Source of the DNA: an uncultured Pelagibacteraceae bacterium
GTDB taxonomy: Bacteria; Pseudomonadota; Alphaproteobacteria; Pelagibacterales; Pelagibacteraceae
Length of the DNA stretch: 64,000 nt
NCBI GenBank assembly: GCA_902603215.1
Contig: CACKTW010000002.1
Coordinates: 13,728-77,727 of the forward strand
Reading direction: 5' to 3'
A model generated the notes under the pieces. It had not been told where the DNA came from, searched no databases, and saw only the letters and a program-made list of their open reading frames with translations. This document shows positions 23,532-33,082 of the stretch, one piece after another. Positions within the stretch are counted from its first letter, which is position 1. Each line of letters begins with the position of its first letter. A program made the translations under genes and the position numbers.

Positions 23532-24974
23532 TTATGCTGCTTTAATTTTTTTATTTAGTTTGTTTTCAAGATATTTTTTAATTGAATCAGCTGCATCTCT
23601 GCCATCCCTTATAGCCCAAACTACTAATGATGCTCCTCTTACAATATCTCCTGCTGCAAAAATTCCAGGAATATTTGTCTCCATAGTTTTAAGATTAATC
23701 TTGATTGTCCCCCAATGACTAACTGATAGTTCAGGAGAATTAAAAAGCTTTGGTATTTCTTCCGGATCAAAGCCCAATGCCTTAATTACAATGTCAGCTT
23801 TGATTTCAAAATCAGAATTTTTGACAATTTCTGGTTTTTTTCTTCCCGTGGAATCTGGATCACCTAACCTTATTTTGTTTGCTAAAACTTTTTCAATTTT
23901 TTTATTAGAGCCTATAAATTTATTTGGCACTGAAAGCCAAATAAATTCTACGTCTTCGTCTTCAGCGTTCTTAACTTCCCTTGCTGAACCAGGCATATTT
24001 TCTTTATCTCTTCTATATAAGCATTTTACAGATTTGGCATTTTGTCTTACTGAAGTTCTGACGCAATCCATTGCTGTATCTCCACCACCAATAACAATTA
24101 CATTTTTTCCTTCAACATTTAATTTCCCATTATCAAAATTTTTAACTTTGTCTCCTAAACCTTTTCTATTTGATGCAGTTAAAAATTCCATTGCAGGAAA
24201 TATGTTTTCTAAATCATTTCCAGGAATTTGTATTTCTCTAGCTTTATAAACTCCTGTAGCTATTAAAATGGCATCATGTTTTTTTTTAAGTTCCTTTAAT
24301 GTAGAGTCTTTACCTACTTCAAAATTTTGTATAAATTTTATTCCACCATCTTTTAAAAGCTTGGTTCTTCTTTCAACTACAAATTTTTCTAGTTTAAAAT
24401 TAGGTATACCATAAATTAATAAACCACCTGGTCTATCATAACGATCATAAATAGTAATTTGATATCCTAATTTTCTTAATTCTTCTCCACAAGCTAATCC
24501 TGCGGGACCCGCGCCAATGATTCCAATGCTCTGATTAATTTCTTTTAAAACTTTAATTGGTTTTATCCAACCCTTTTTCCATGCTGTATCGGTAATATAT
24601 TTTTCTATTGAGCCAATTGTTACTGTCCCATGTCCTGATTTTTCTATTACACAGTTTCCTTCACATAATCTGTCTTGAGGACAAATTCTTCCACATACTT
24701 CTGGCATATTGTTTGTACTTTGAGATAATAGATATGCATCCTCTAATCTTCCTTCTGCTGTAAGCTTCAACCAATCTGGAATATTATTATGCAATGGACA
24801 ATGAATTTGACAAAAAGGCACTCCACACTGTGAACATCTGCTTGATTGTTCTTTTGCTTTTTCAGAAATAAATTCACGATAAATTTCCAAAAAATCTTTT
24901 TTTCTCTCAAGAACTTTTCTTTTAATTGGAGTTTCTTTATTAACTCTTACAAATTTTAACATTTTTTCGGTCAT
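23532..24974 (-). CDS. gltD: glutamate synthase small (NADPH) subunit
   Basis: 480-aa ORF with Fe-S cysteine clusters (CSQCGVPFCQIHCP; CGRICPQDRLCEGNC) and two dinucleotide folds (IGAGPAGLAC, VIGGGDTAMD). Confidence 0.95.
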   Translation of the reverse strand: MTEKMLKFVRVNKETPIKRKVLERKKDFLEIYREFISEKAKEQSSRCSQCGVPFCQIHCPLHNNIPDWLKLTAEGRLEDAYLLSQSTNNMPEVCGRICPQDRLCEGNCVIEKSGHGTVTIGSIEKYITDTAWKKGWIKPIKVLKEINQSIGIIGAGPAGLACGEELRKLGYQITIYDRYDRPGGLLIYGIPNFKLEKFVVERRTKLLKDGGIKFIQNFEVGKDSTLKELKKKHDAILIATGVYKAREIQIPGNDLENIFPAMEFLTASNRKGLGDKVKNFDNGKLNVEGKNVIVIGGGDTAMDCVRTSVRQNAKSVKCLYRRDKENMPGSAREVKNAEDEDVEFIWLSVPNKFIGSNKKIEKVLANKIRLGDPDSTGRKKPEIVKNSDFEIKADIVIKALGFDPEEIPKLFNSPELSVSHWGTIKINLKTMETNIPGIFAAGDIVRGASLVVWAIRDGRDAADSIKKYLENKLNKKIKAA

Positions 24975-25016
24975 CCTTTTTCAAATTATCTTAAGAATCT
25001 ATGATTTTAAAGTAAT

Positions 25017-25041
25017 AATAGGACATATATATTGTCCTATT
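25017..25041. promoter_or_regulatory. perfect 25-bp palindrome AATAGGACA-TATATAT-TGTCCTATT in the gltD/uppP divergent spacer; candidate operator
   Basis: Read directly: 9-bp arms are exact reverse complements around a 7-bp AT spacer. It lies 43 bp upstream of the gltD start. Confidence 0.3.
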
Positions 25042-25148
25042 TTTCATATTTTTCATTTAAATAAAGGGTTTTTTTACATTTTACATGACTGTTATGCAGT
25101 ATGATTATCCCATAATTTGTCTAATTTTTAGTGTATTCATTATAAAAA

Positions 25149-25919
25149 ATGATTGCTAATAATTTTGAAATATTAATTTTATCTCTGGTTCAGGGAATAA
25201 CTGAATTTCTTCCTGTAAGTTCGACAGCTCATTTAGTGCTTGTTTCAAAATTTTATGAACTAGACAATCAAAATCTATTAATAGATATAAGTTTACACAC
25301 TGGATCTCTGTTAGCAATATTGTTCTTTTTTAGAGATGATTTTTTTAACTTCAAAAAAAATAAATCTCTCTTTTTAAAAATCATAATAGGAACAATTCCT
25401 TTGTTGCCCGCAGGATATTGGTTGCACGAATCTGGTTTTATACATTCAATAAGAAATATAAACTTAATTGCATGGAATACTTTAATATTTGGTATTTTAA
25501 TTTATATCGCAGATAAAACACAAATTTCAAAATCAGAAGCAAGTTTCAAACATAATCTCTTTCCTTGGATCATAGCAGGTCTTTTTCAAATTATTTCTTT
25601 AATTCCTGGTGTCAGTAGAGCGGGAATAGCTATCACTGCTGGAAGATTTCTAGGTTTTAACAGAGTAGATTCATCAAAAATTGCTTTTTATTTATCAATT
25701 CCAGCTTTGCTAGCTGTAAGTATTTTTGGGGTAATTCAATTACCTGAAAAAAGTTTTGAATTTAATTTATTAGCTTTAATCGGGATATTTTTATCTTTCT
25801 TTTTTTCTTACCTAACAATTAAATATTTTTTGCAATATATTAAAAAATTCTCTTTGACAGTATTTGTTGTTTATAGAATTTTATTAGCAATTGTTCTATT
25901 TGCTTCATTATATTTTTAA
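25149..25919 (+). CDS. uppP: undecaprenyl-diphosphate phosphatase
   Basis: 256-aa polytopic ORF. QGITEFLPVSSTAHL and PGVSRAGIAITAG are the two BacA/UppP signature motifs. Confidence 0.85.
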   Translation: MIANNFEILILSLVQGITEFLPVSSTAHLVLVSKFYELDNQNLLIDISLHTGSLLAILFFFRDDFFNFKKNKSLFLKIIIGTIPLLPAGYWLHESGFIHSIRNINLIAWNTLIFGILIYIADKTQISKSEASFKHNLFPWIIAGLFQIISLIPGVSRAGIAITAGRFLGFNRVDSSKIAFYLSIPALLAVSIFGVIQLPEKSFEFNLLALIGIFLSFFFSYLTIKYFLQYIKKFSLTVFVVYRILLAIVLFASLYF

Positions 25920-26807
25920 TTTTCTATTTTCATAAATTGGGAGCATTTGAGATAAAATAACGCCTAGTAAAATAAAAAAGCACCCTAAAACATTATTAAT
26001 GCCTAAAATCTGACTTAGTAAAATCCAGCCAGCTATAGTTGCAAAGACACCTTCTAATGAGTAAATAATTGCAGCCGGAGCTGCAGATATATTTTTTTGA
26101 GCATAGAGCTGAAGTGTAAAAGCAATTCCACCAGATAAAATTCCAGCATAAAGAATTTCAAATTTTTCATTTAGTATATTTTCAAAAATTATTGATTCAT
26201 AAAAATATCCAAAAAAGATAGATAACAATGCAACAATTAAGCTTTGTAATAATCCAAGAAATAATGGAAGATTGAAAATTTCAATTAATTTTCCAACATA
26301 TATAATATGGAGAGCCCAAAAAATTGCACAAACAAATACTAAACTATCACCCAATCTTATTGTTGCATCTGAAAAATTTGTAAGAAAATATCCGCCAACT
26401 AAACAAAATAAAACTGAAGGCCAAATGCTCCAATGAATAGATTTAGAAAAAACAAAAAAAAGTATAATTGGCACCATGGGCACATAAAAAATTGTAAAGA
26501 AAGCTGCATTAGCAACATCTGTAAATTGTAAAGCGGCTTGCTGAAGATAAGTGCCTAAAAATAAAAATATCCCTATCATAAAAGTATATTTAATAAATAT
26601 TTCTTTATTTTTTTTTACTTCATTTTTTATTTTTCCTTTTTCAAAAAGAAAAACCACTGGAAGAAGAAATAAAAATCCTACAAAAAATCTGACACCATTG
26701 AAAGTTAAAGGACCAATTGTATCCATTCCGGTGTCTTGGGCAATGAATGTTGTTCCCCAAATAAAACTACATAATAAAGCACTTGCTAGTGATAAATTTT
26801 TTGACAT
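25908..26807 (-). CDS. EamA/DMT-family transporter
   Basis: 299-aa ORF with about 10 predicted TM helices in two EamA-like halves. It overlaps the convergent uppP by 12 nt. Confidence 0.7.
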   Translation of the reverse strand: MSKNLSLASALLCSFIWGTTFIAQDTGMDTIGPLTFNGVRFFVGFLFLLPVVFLFEKGKIKNEVKKNKEIFIKYTFMIGIFLFLGTYLQQAALQFTDVANAAFFTIFYVPMVPIILFFVFSKSIHWSIWPSVLFCLVGGYFLTNFSDATIRLGDSLVFVCAIFWALHIIYVGKLIEIFNLPLFLGLLQSLIVALLSIFFGYFYESIIFENILNEKFEILYAGILSGGIAFTLQLYAQKNISAAPAAIIYSLEGVFATIAGWILLSQILGINNVLGCFFILLGVILSQMLPIYENRKLKI

Positions 26808-26809
26808 TA

Positions 26810-27721
26810 TTAAACAGCAAGCTTGTAAGCAAAATCTTTGCCTAGACTTTCTCTTAAATGCTTACAAAATCTAGCACCTTCTGCTCCATCTATAATTCGA
26901 TGATCATAAGATAAAGATAATGGTAAAATTGATCGTATTTGAAATTTACCATCTATTAAGGTTTGCTTTTTTTCTGTTTTACCTATCCCAAGAATAGCAA
27001 CTTCGGGACTATTAATAATAGGAGTAAAAAAACTTCCGCCAATGCCTCCTAGGCTTGATATTGTCATTGAGCCACCCAAAAATTCTTTTTTATCAATTTT
27101 TAAATTTCTGCAATCCTCGCTAATTTTTTTTAAATCCGAACTAATTTCTTTTAAATCTTTTTGGTCTGCATTTCTTAATTTTGGAACCATTAATCCATGA
27201 GGTGTATCAACAGCAATTCCAATATGATAATATTTTTTGAATATAATATTTTCACTCTCAATATCTAATGAGGAATTGAAATTTGGAAAATCTTTTAATG
27301 CTTTGACTAAAGCCCTAATAATAAAAGCAAGTGGCGTAATTTTAATCTGTTGCCCGGTATACATATCTCTTAGAGAATTTCTAAATTCTTCCATCTCTGT
27401 AATATCTGCTTCATCATGTTGCGTTACATGAGGTATTTCATTCCATGATTTTGTTAAATGTTTTCCTGCTATCTTTTTAATTCTTGGAATTTTTTGAACA
27501 TCTATTTCACCAAATAGCGAGTGATCTAATTTATCTTCTTTTATGGTTTTTTTAATATCTTTTTTTTCTGAAATTTTTTCTTTTACAAATGATCTGATAT
27601 CATCTTCGACTACTCTTCCATCTCTTTCTGATCCTTTAATTTCATGAATGTTTGCTCCTAACTCTCTTGCAAATTTTCTAGCTTTTGGACTTGCTCTTGT
27701 TATTTTCTTTTTTTCATCCAT
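26810..27721 (-). CDS. aceF: dihydrolipoamide acetyltransferase (E2) core lacking any lipoyl domain
   Basis: 303-aa ORF. It begins directly with a peripheral-subunit-binding domain (ASPKARKFARELGANIHEIKGSERDGRVVEDDIRSFV), followed by the 2-oxoacid dehydrogenase acyltransferase domain (SLSYDHRIIDGAEGARF). Confidence 0.85.
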   Translation of the reverse strand: MDEKKKITRASPKARKFARELGANIHEIKGSERDGRVVEDDIRSFVKEKISEKKDIKKTIKEDKLDHSLFGEIDVQKIPRIKKIAGKHLTKSWNEIPHVTQHDEADITEMEEFRNSLRDMYTGQQIKITPLAFIIRALVKALKDFPNFNSSLDIESENIIFKKYYHIGIAVDTPHGLMVPKLRNADQKDLKEISSDLKKISEDCRNLKIDKKEFLGGSMTISSLGGIGGSFFTPIINSPEVAILGIGKTEKKQTLIDGKFQIRSILPLSLSYDHRIIDGAEGARFCKHLRESLGKDFAYKLAV

Positions 27722-27724
27722 TTT

Positions 27725-30700
27725 TTATAAAGTTGTTGGGATTGGTTTATTTTTATCTATCTTATATTTTTTCATAGCTTTCTTTACTTCTTTAGAACTA
27801 ATAAGCTGTTCTTTAGCCAAAACACTTAATGTATAAGCTACAATATGTTCTTTATCCACTTCAAAAAACTTTCTTAATTTTTTTCTACTATCGCTTCTTC
27901 CATATCCATCGGTACCGAAAGAATAAAATGACCTAGAAATGTAAGGTCTTATTTGATCTGAAAAATTTCTAACATAGTCTGAAGCTGCAACAATTGGGCC
28001 TTCTTTATCCAACAAACATTCTTCTATATAAGTTTTCTTTGGTTTTTCACCAGGGTTAAGTAAATTTCTTCTTTCAACCTCCATGCCGTTTTTTCTTAAT
28101 TCATTAAAACTAGTTACACTCCAAATACTGCTATCAATACCATATTCTTTGCTTAATATTTCTGCTGCGGATATTATTTCTCTTAAAACAGTTCCACATC
28201 CAAGTAATTGGATTTTCGTTTTACCTTTTTTGTTAAATTCTTTAAATAAATACATTCCTTTAAGAATTCCTTTTTCAGAATTTTCAGGAATCTTGGGATG
28301 TTTGTAATTTTCATTCATTGTTGTTATGTAATAAAAAATATTCTCTTGATCGTTGTACATTCTTTTTAATCCTTCTCTTAAAATAACTGCTAGTTCATAA
28401 TTGAATGTAGGATCATAGCTCAAACAGTTCGGAATCGTTGAAGCCAATAAGTGACTATGTCCATCTTGATGTTGCAACCCTTCTCCAGCTAAAGTAGTTC
28501 TTCCTGACGTTGCTCCTATAAGAAAACCTCTCGTTTGAGAATCTCCAGCTGCCCAGATAAGATCCATAACTCTTTGAAAACCAAACATAGAGTAAAAAGT
28601 ATAAACTGGTATCATTTCTAGGTCATGATTTGTATATGCCGTTCCTGCAGCTATCCAAGATGAGATTGCTCCCGATTCTGTTATACCTTCTTCAAGAACT
28701 TGACCTTTTTTATCTTCTTTGTAAGCACTAAGTTGTTTTGAATCTTCAGGTTCATATTTTTGACCTTCATGAGCATATATTCCAATTTTTTGGAAAAAAC
28801 CTTCCATACCAAAAGTTCTTGCCTCATCTGGAATGATTGGAACTAATCGAGCTGCTATATTCTTATCTCTTAATAAATTTGTTAACATCCTTACTAGCCC
28901 CATAGTAGTCGACATTTCACGATCATCAGAAGATTTAAGCATATTATCAAAAATATCTTTTGATGGCTTTTTAATTGGTTTAGCAAAAGAACTTCTTTCT
29001 GGTAAATTTCCTCCAAGTTTAGTTCTTCTTTCTTTGATGTATTTTATTTCTTCTGAATTTTCGTCAGGTTTATAAAATTCTATATCTCTTACCTGTTTAT
29101 CTGTTAAAGGAATATCGAAACGGTCTCTATAATAAAGCAAATCTTCTTCTCCTAATTTTTTTTGTTGGTGAGTAGTATTAATGCTTTCTCCAGATTTTCC
29201 CATGCCATAACCTTTGATGGTTTTTGCAAGAATTACAGTTGGTTTACCCTTGCTTTTCATTGCTTCGTGATAAGCGGCATAAACTTTGTGTGGATCGTGA
29301 CCACCTCTATTAAGCTTCCATATATCTCTGTCAGTCATGGTTGAAACTAATTCTTTTAACTTAGGATATTTTCCAAAAAATTTTTCCCTTACATAAGCAC
29401 CATCTCTAGCTTTAAATGCTTGATACTCTCCATCAACGCATTCGTTCATTCTTTTAATCAATAAGCCAGAATTATCTTTTGCTAATAAAGGATCCCAGTA
29501 AGATCCCCAAATAACCTTTATTACATTCCATCCAGCTCCTCTAAAAATACCTTCTAGTTCCTGAATAATTTTTCCATTTCCTCTCACGGGTCCATCTAAC
29601 CTTTGCAAATTGCAATTAATCACAAATATAAGATTGTCCAATTTTTCTCTTGCAGCCAATCCTATTGCGCCAAGAGATTCGGGTTCATCAGTCTCTCCAT
29701 CACCAAGGAAAGTCCAAATTTTACGATCTTGGTCTTTAATTAAGCCCCTGTTAATTAAATACTTTGTAAATCTTGCTTGATAAATTGATAATATTGGACC
29801 AAGTCCCATTGAAACTGTTGGGAACTGCCAAAACTTTGGCATCAACCAAGGATGTGGATAAGAAGAAAGTCCATTTCCATCTACTTCTTGCCTAAAATTG
29901 TCTAATTGTTTTGTGCTTAGTCTTCCTTCTAAATAAGCTCTAGCATACATTCCTGGGGCACTATGGCCTTGAAAATAAACTAAATCTCCTCCAAATTTAT
30001 TAGTTTTGCCACGCCAAAAATGATTCATTCCTACATCATAAAGTGTAGCAGCTGAAGCAAATGTTCCTATGTGTCCACCTAATTCTGAATTTCTCTTATT
30101 GGCTCTCACAACCATTGCGGCTGCATTCCATCTAATTAAAGATCTTATTCTTCTTTCAATATTTTGATCACCATCTGACTTTGCTTCATTCTCAACAGTA
30201 ATAGTGTTAATATAAGGAGTAATACGAGTTAAAGGTTTATTGTGACCTTCTATATAAGCTTTGTCAATTAACTGTTTTAATAAAAAATGCGCACGATCTG
30301 ATCCATCTTTTGTTACAACAGCGGTAAGAGAATCTATCCATTCTTGTGTTTCTATTGGATCAATATCTTTTCCATTTTTTGTTCCAATACTTTTTACTGA
30401 TTGAATTTTTTTTTTAGATTTGTCTAGAATAACTGTTTCAGCAGCTTTAATTATTTTCTCTGTTTCAGGCAAAATATCTGATTTTTTAAATTCTCCAGAT
30501 TTTTTTTCTATTTTTGTATCTTTTTTTTCTTTATTTGAATCTTCTAATTTTTCGCTATCTATTGATCCTAAAAGACTACCTTTTGAAACTTTGTCACCTA
30601 TCTTTACATTAATTTCTAATATTTTTCCTTCATAGGGTGAAGGAACTTCTACACTTGATTTGTCGCTTTCTATAGTAGCTATTGCATCATTCTTTTTAAT

Positions 30701-30784
30701 AAAATCACCTGGCTTAACAAGAATTTCTATTACTTCAACATTCTCGAAATCTCCAATATCTGGGACTATTAATTTGTTCGTCAT
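27725..30784 (-). CDS. aceE: pyruvate dehydrogenase E1 (homodimeric AceE type) with an N-terminal lipoyl domain
   Basis: 1019-aa ORF. Residues 1-77 form a lipoyl domain (..IATIESDKSSVEVPSPYEGKILEI.., lipoyl-Lys K42), followed by a Lys/Glu-rich linker. The canonical AceE start DIDPIETQEWIDSL then appears, followed by a full-length-sized remainder. Confidence 0.9.
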   Translation of the reverse strand: MTNKLIVPDIGDFENVEVIEILVKPGDFIKKNDAIATIESDKSSVEVPSPYEGKILEINVKIGDKVSKGSLLGSIDSEKLEDSNKEKKDTKIEKKSGEFKKSDILPETEKIIKAAETVILDKSKKKIQSVKSIGTKNGKDIDPIETQEWIDSLTAVVTKDGSDRAHFLLKQLIDKAYIEGHNKPLTRITPYINTITVENEAKSDGDQNIERRIRSLIRWNAAAMVVRANKRNSELGGHIGTFASAATLYDVGMNHFWRGKTNKFGGDLVYFQGHSAPGMYARAYLEGRLSTKQLDNFRQEVDGNGLSSYPHPWLMPKFWQFPTVSMGLGPILSIYQARFTKYLINRGLIKDQDRKIWTFLGDGETDEPESLGAIGLAAREKLDNLIFVINCNLQRLDGPVRGNGKIIQELEGIFRGAGWNVIKVIWGSYWDPLLAKDNSGLLIKRMNECVDGEYQAFKARDGAYVREKFFGKYPKLKELVSTMTDRDIWKLNRGGHDPHKVYAAYHEAMKSKGKPTVILAKTIKGYGMGKSGESINTTHQQKKLGEEDLLYYRDRFDIPLTDKQVRDIEFYKPDENSEEIKYIKERRTKLGGNLPERSSFAKPIKKPSKDIFDNMLKSSDDREMSTTMGLVRMLTNLLRDKNIAARLVPIIPDEARTFGMEGFFQKIGIYAHEGQKYEPEDSKQLSAYKEDKKGQVLEEGITESGAISSWIAAGTAYTNHDLEMIPVYTFYSMFGFQRVMDLIWAAGDSQTRGFLIGATSGRTTLAGEGLQHQDGHSHLLASTIPNCLSYDPTFNYELAVILREGLKRMYNDQENIFYYITTMNENYKHPKIPENSEKGILKGMYLFKEFNKKGKTKIQLLGCGTVLREIISAAEILSKEYGIDSSIWSVTSFNELRKNGMEVERRNLLNPGEKPKKTYIEECLLDKEGPIVAASDYVRNFSDQIRPYISRSFYSFGTDGYGRSDSRKKLRKFFEVDKEHIVAYTLSVLAKEQLISSKEVKKAMKKYKIDKNKPIPTTL

Positions 30785-31042
30785 AATTTTTTAACAATCA
30801 GATCAGTATAATATTAAAAAAATAAACTAAAATCAGACAAAATAACTGAATAACTGGATTGTAAATGATGCAATTTTAACACAATTCAAGCCTTTTTTTG
30901 ACAATGTTTTTTTTAAAATCTTGTTTTATGAACATTATTCTAAAATTATTCAAAAATTTTCATAAAAAAAACGCTTCATTAGATGCTAGAATTTGGTTTC
31001 AAAGAATTTTGTTAGAAAAAAAATTTTTTAGCAAAATATAAT

Positions 31043-32149
31043 TTAACGTTCAATACACATTGCAATACCCATTCCTCCACCAATGCAAAGTGTTGCAAGT
31101 CCTTTTTTTACATCCCTTTTAATCATTTCATGAATTAATGTAACTACAATTCTACTTCCTGAAGCGCCTATTGGATGTCCTAAAGCTATCGCTCCACCAT
31201 TAACATTAACTTTTTCAATAGGAATTTTTAATTCTTTAATTACAGCTATACATTGTGCTGCAAATGCTTCATTAGACTCAACTAGATCTAAATCATTAAT
31301 GCCCCATCCAGCTTTTTCTAAAGCTTTTTTTGATGCAGGAATTGGTCCCGATCCCATTAAAGAAGGATCCACTCCGCATGTTGCCCATGATACTATTTTG
31401 GCAAGAGGTGCCAGCCCTCTTTTTTCTGACTCGTCTCTGCTCATTAACAACACTGCAGCTGATCCATCATTAATGCCGGATGAATTTCCCGCAGTTACAG
31501 TTCCATTTTCTTTAAATATTGTTTGAAGCCTTGATAGATTTTCAATTGTAACTTCTGTTCTTGGATGTTCATCTTCTGATGAATTATCAATTAGTTCTTC
31601 TTTAAATTTTTTATTCTTTATTGCCTCTTTTGCTTTTAACTGAGAAGAAATTGCAAAAGAATCTTGCTCTTTTCTTGAAATGTTCCACTTGTCAGCAACA
31701 TTTTCTGCTGTAACACCCATATGGTAATCATTATAAACATCAATTAGACCATCTTTGAGCATCATTTCTTCTTTTGAATTTGTCATGCTTTCTTGACCTC
31801 CGGCAATAATTATTTTTGAATCGCCTAATAAAATTGATTGATATGCGGCAACAATAGACCTTAAACCAGAACCACATACTTGGTTTATTAAATAGCCGGT
31901 TTTTTCTTTTGGTATGCCTGCTTTAATTGCTGCTTGTCTTGCTGGATTTTGACCGGTATCTCCAGTAAGAACTTGTCCCATAATAACTTCATCAATTAAC
32001 TCTGGCTTAACTTTTGAATTATTCAAAATTTTTTTTATAACTGCTCCTCCTAAATCGTGAGCTTGGAATTTGCTCCACATACCCTTATATTTCCCTATAG
32101 CTGTACGCAAAGCTGCTGTAAAAACAATATCTCTAGATTTTTTTGTCAT
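31043..32149 (-). CDS. acetyl-CoA C-acetyltransferase (thiolase II)
   Basis: 368-aa ORF with NQVCGSGLRS (acyl-Cys), GHPIGASGSRIV and LCIGGGMGIAM motifs. Confidence 0.9.
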   Translation of the reverse strand: MTKKSRDIVFTAALRTAIGKYKGMWSKFQAHDLGGAVIKKILNNSKVKPELIDEVIMGQVLTGDTGQNPARQAAIKAGIPKEKTGYLINQVCGSGLRSIVAAYQSILLGDSKIIIAGGQESMTNSKEEMMLKDGLIDVYNDYHMGVTAENVADKWNISRKEQDSFAISSQLKAKEAIKNKKFKEELIDNSSEDEHPRTEVTIENLSRLQTIFKENGTVTAGNSSGINDGSAAVLLMSRDESEKRGLAPLAKIVSWATCGVDPSLMGSGPIPASKKALEKAGWGINDLDLVESNEAFAAQCIAVIKELKIPIEKVNVNGGAIALGHPIGASGSRIVVTLIHEMIKRDVKKGLATLCIGGGMGIAMCIER

Positions 32150-32218
32150 ATAAATACAATAGTTGCTAAATTACAAAATTACATTAAAAAATGCATATGG
32201 TATATTAATATCAGTGTT

Positions 32219-32295
32219 GCGCCTGTAGCTCAACTGGATAGAGCGCTTGGCTACGGACCAGGAGGTTCTGGGTTCGACTCCTAGCAGGCGCGCCA
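32219..32295 (+). tRNA. tRNA-Arg (anticodon ACG), 77 nt including encoded CCA
   Basis: GCGCCTGTAGCTCAACTGGATAGAGCGCTTGGCTACGGACCAGGAGGTTCTGGGTTCGACTCCTAGCAGGCGCGCCA. It has acceptor GCGCCTG/CAGGCGC, anticodon stem CTTGG/CCAGG, loop CTACGGA and a GGTTCGACTCC T-arm. Confidence 0.9.
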
Positions 32296-32322
32296 AGATT
32301 AAAAAATGAACAAAAAATAATA

Positions 32323-32565
32323 ATGTCTTCTTTCAAAAATCCTGAAAATGAAAATATAGAAACAATAACGAGAGAAGATTTTTATTGGTGTTTATTATTT
32401 GGTTTTTTATATTTTATAAAAAAAAAAATATGGTTTCATGCAATAGTAAGTTTCCTTTTAGCGTTATCAACCTATGGGCTTAGTTTGTTAATTTATCCTT
32501 TTTTTGTAAAATCTATACTTCAAAAAGAATACATAAAAAGAGGTTGGGAAATAGTTGAAAAATAA
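32323..32565 (+). CDS. small two-TM membrane protein (hypothetical)
   Basis: 80-aa ORF with two hydrophobic helices (WCLLFGFLYF.., IVSFLLALSTYGLSLLIYPFF). No family assigned. Confidence 0.4.
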   Translation: MSSFKNPENENIETITREDFYWCLLFGFLYFIKKKIWFHAIVSFLLALSTYGLSLLIYPFFVKSILQKEYIKRGWEIVEK

Positions 32566-32594
32566 GATGAGGGTGAAGGCTTTATGTTTCATAA

Positions 32595-33080
32595 TTAGTT
32601 GCTACACCATCCATCTTTCATAAAAGATTCTTTTAAATGGTCTTTGTGAGTCTTTACCCACAAATTTAATTTAGTTCCTACTGAACAGGCCTCGTGATCA
32701 AGTCTCATTCTGCCATCAATCTTATCTCCACCACTTCCAGTATAGATGATGACTGGACCATTATTATCGTAAGGGTTTTTAAAACCTTGATCTAAGAAAT
32801 AATTCATAAATACACCTGCTACTTGACCAATTCCACTTGTTGTATTATCTACATTGCAATTTATGACTCTTGTTGGTGATAAAGCAACGTTATCATTAAA
32901 TTCACATAATTTTAAAGTGTTATGAATCAGTTTTGAAGCAGTTTCATAATTTGCTAATGTTGCATTTCTTTTTGCAGATGCTGTATACCCATTATAAGCA
33001 ACCACACCTACCGCAGCCAGAATGCCGATGATAGCTACTACGACTAGGAGTTCGATGAGTGTAAATCCTTTTTGCTTCAT
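32595..33080 (-). CDS. type IV pilin paralogue P1
   Basis: 161 aa. Class III signal MKQKG|FTLIELLVVVAIIGILAAVGVVAYNGYT with Glu+5; 4 Cys; FKNPYD motif. Confidence 0.85.
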   Translation of the reverse strand: MKQKGFTLIELLVVVAIIGILAAVGVVAYNGYTASAKRNATLANYETASKLIHNTLKLCEFNDNVALSPTRVINCNVDNTTSGIGQVAGVFMNYFLDQGFKNPYDNNGPVIIYTGSGGDKIDGRMRLDHEACSVGTKLNLWVKTHKDHLKESFMKDGWCSN

Positions 33081-33082
33081 AA

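Noticed and set aside
30785-31042. 258-nt spacer upstream of aceE examined for a riboswitch, sRNA or promoter
   Set aside because: It is very AT-rich with no convincing stem-loops or conserved riboswitch cores. A TTGACA hexamer is present, but on the wrong strand and without a properly spaced -10 element.
31043-32149. The thiolase is about 25 aa shorter than typical (~392 aa) thiolase II enzymes
   Set aside because: The catalytic Cys, His and Cys motifs are all present. The shortening looks like loop trimming consistent with genome streamlining, and I cannot map the deletions without an alignment.
32057-32284. 75-aa plus-strand ORF spanning the thiolase start and tRNA-Arg
   Set aside because: Its C-terminal third is simply a translation of the tRNA-Arg gene, and the remainder is antisense to the thiolase. 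Not a gene.
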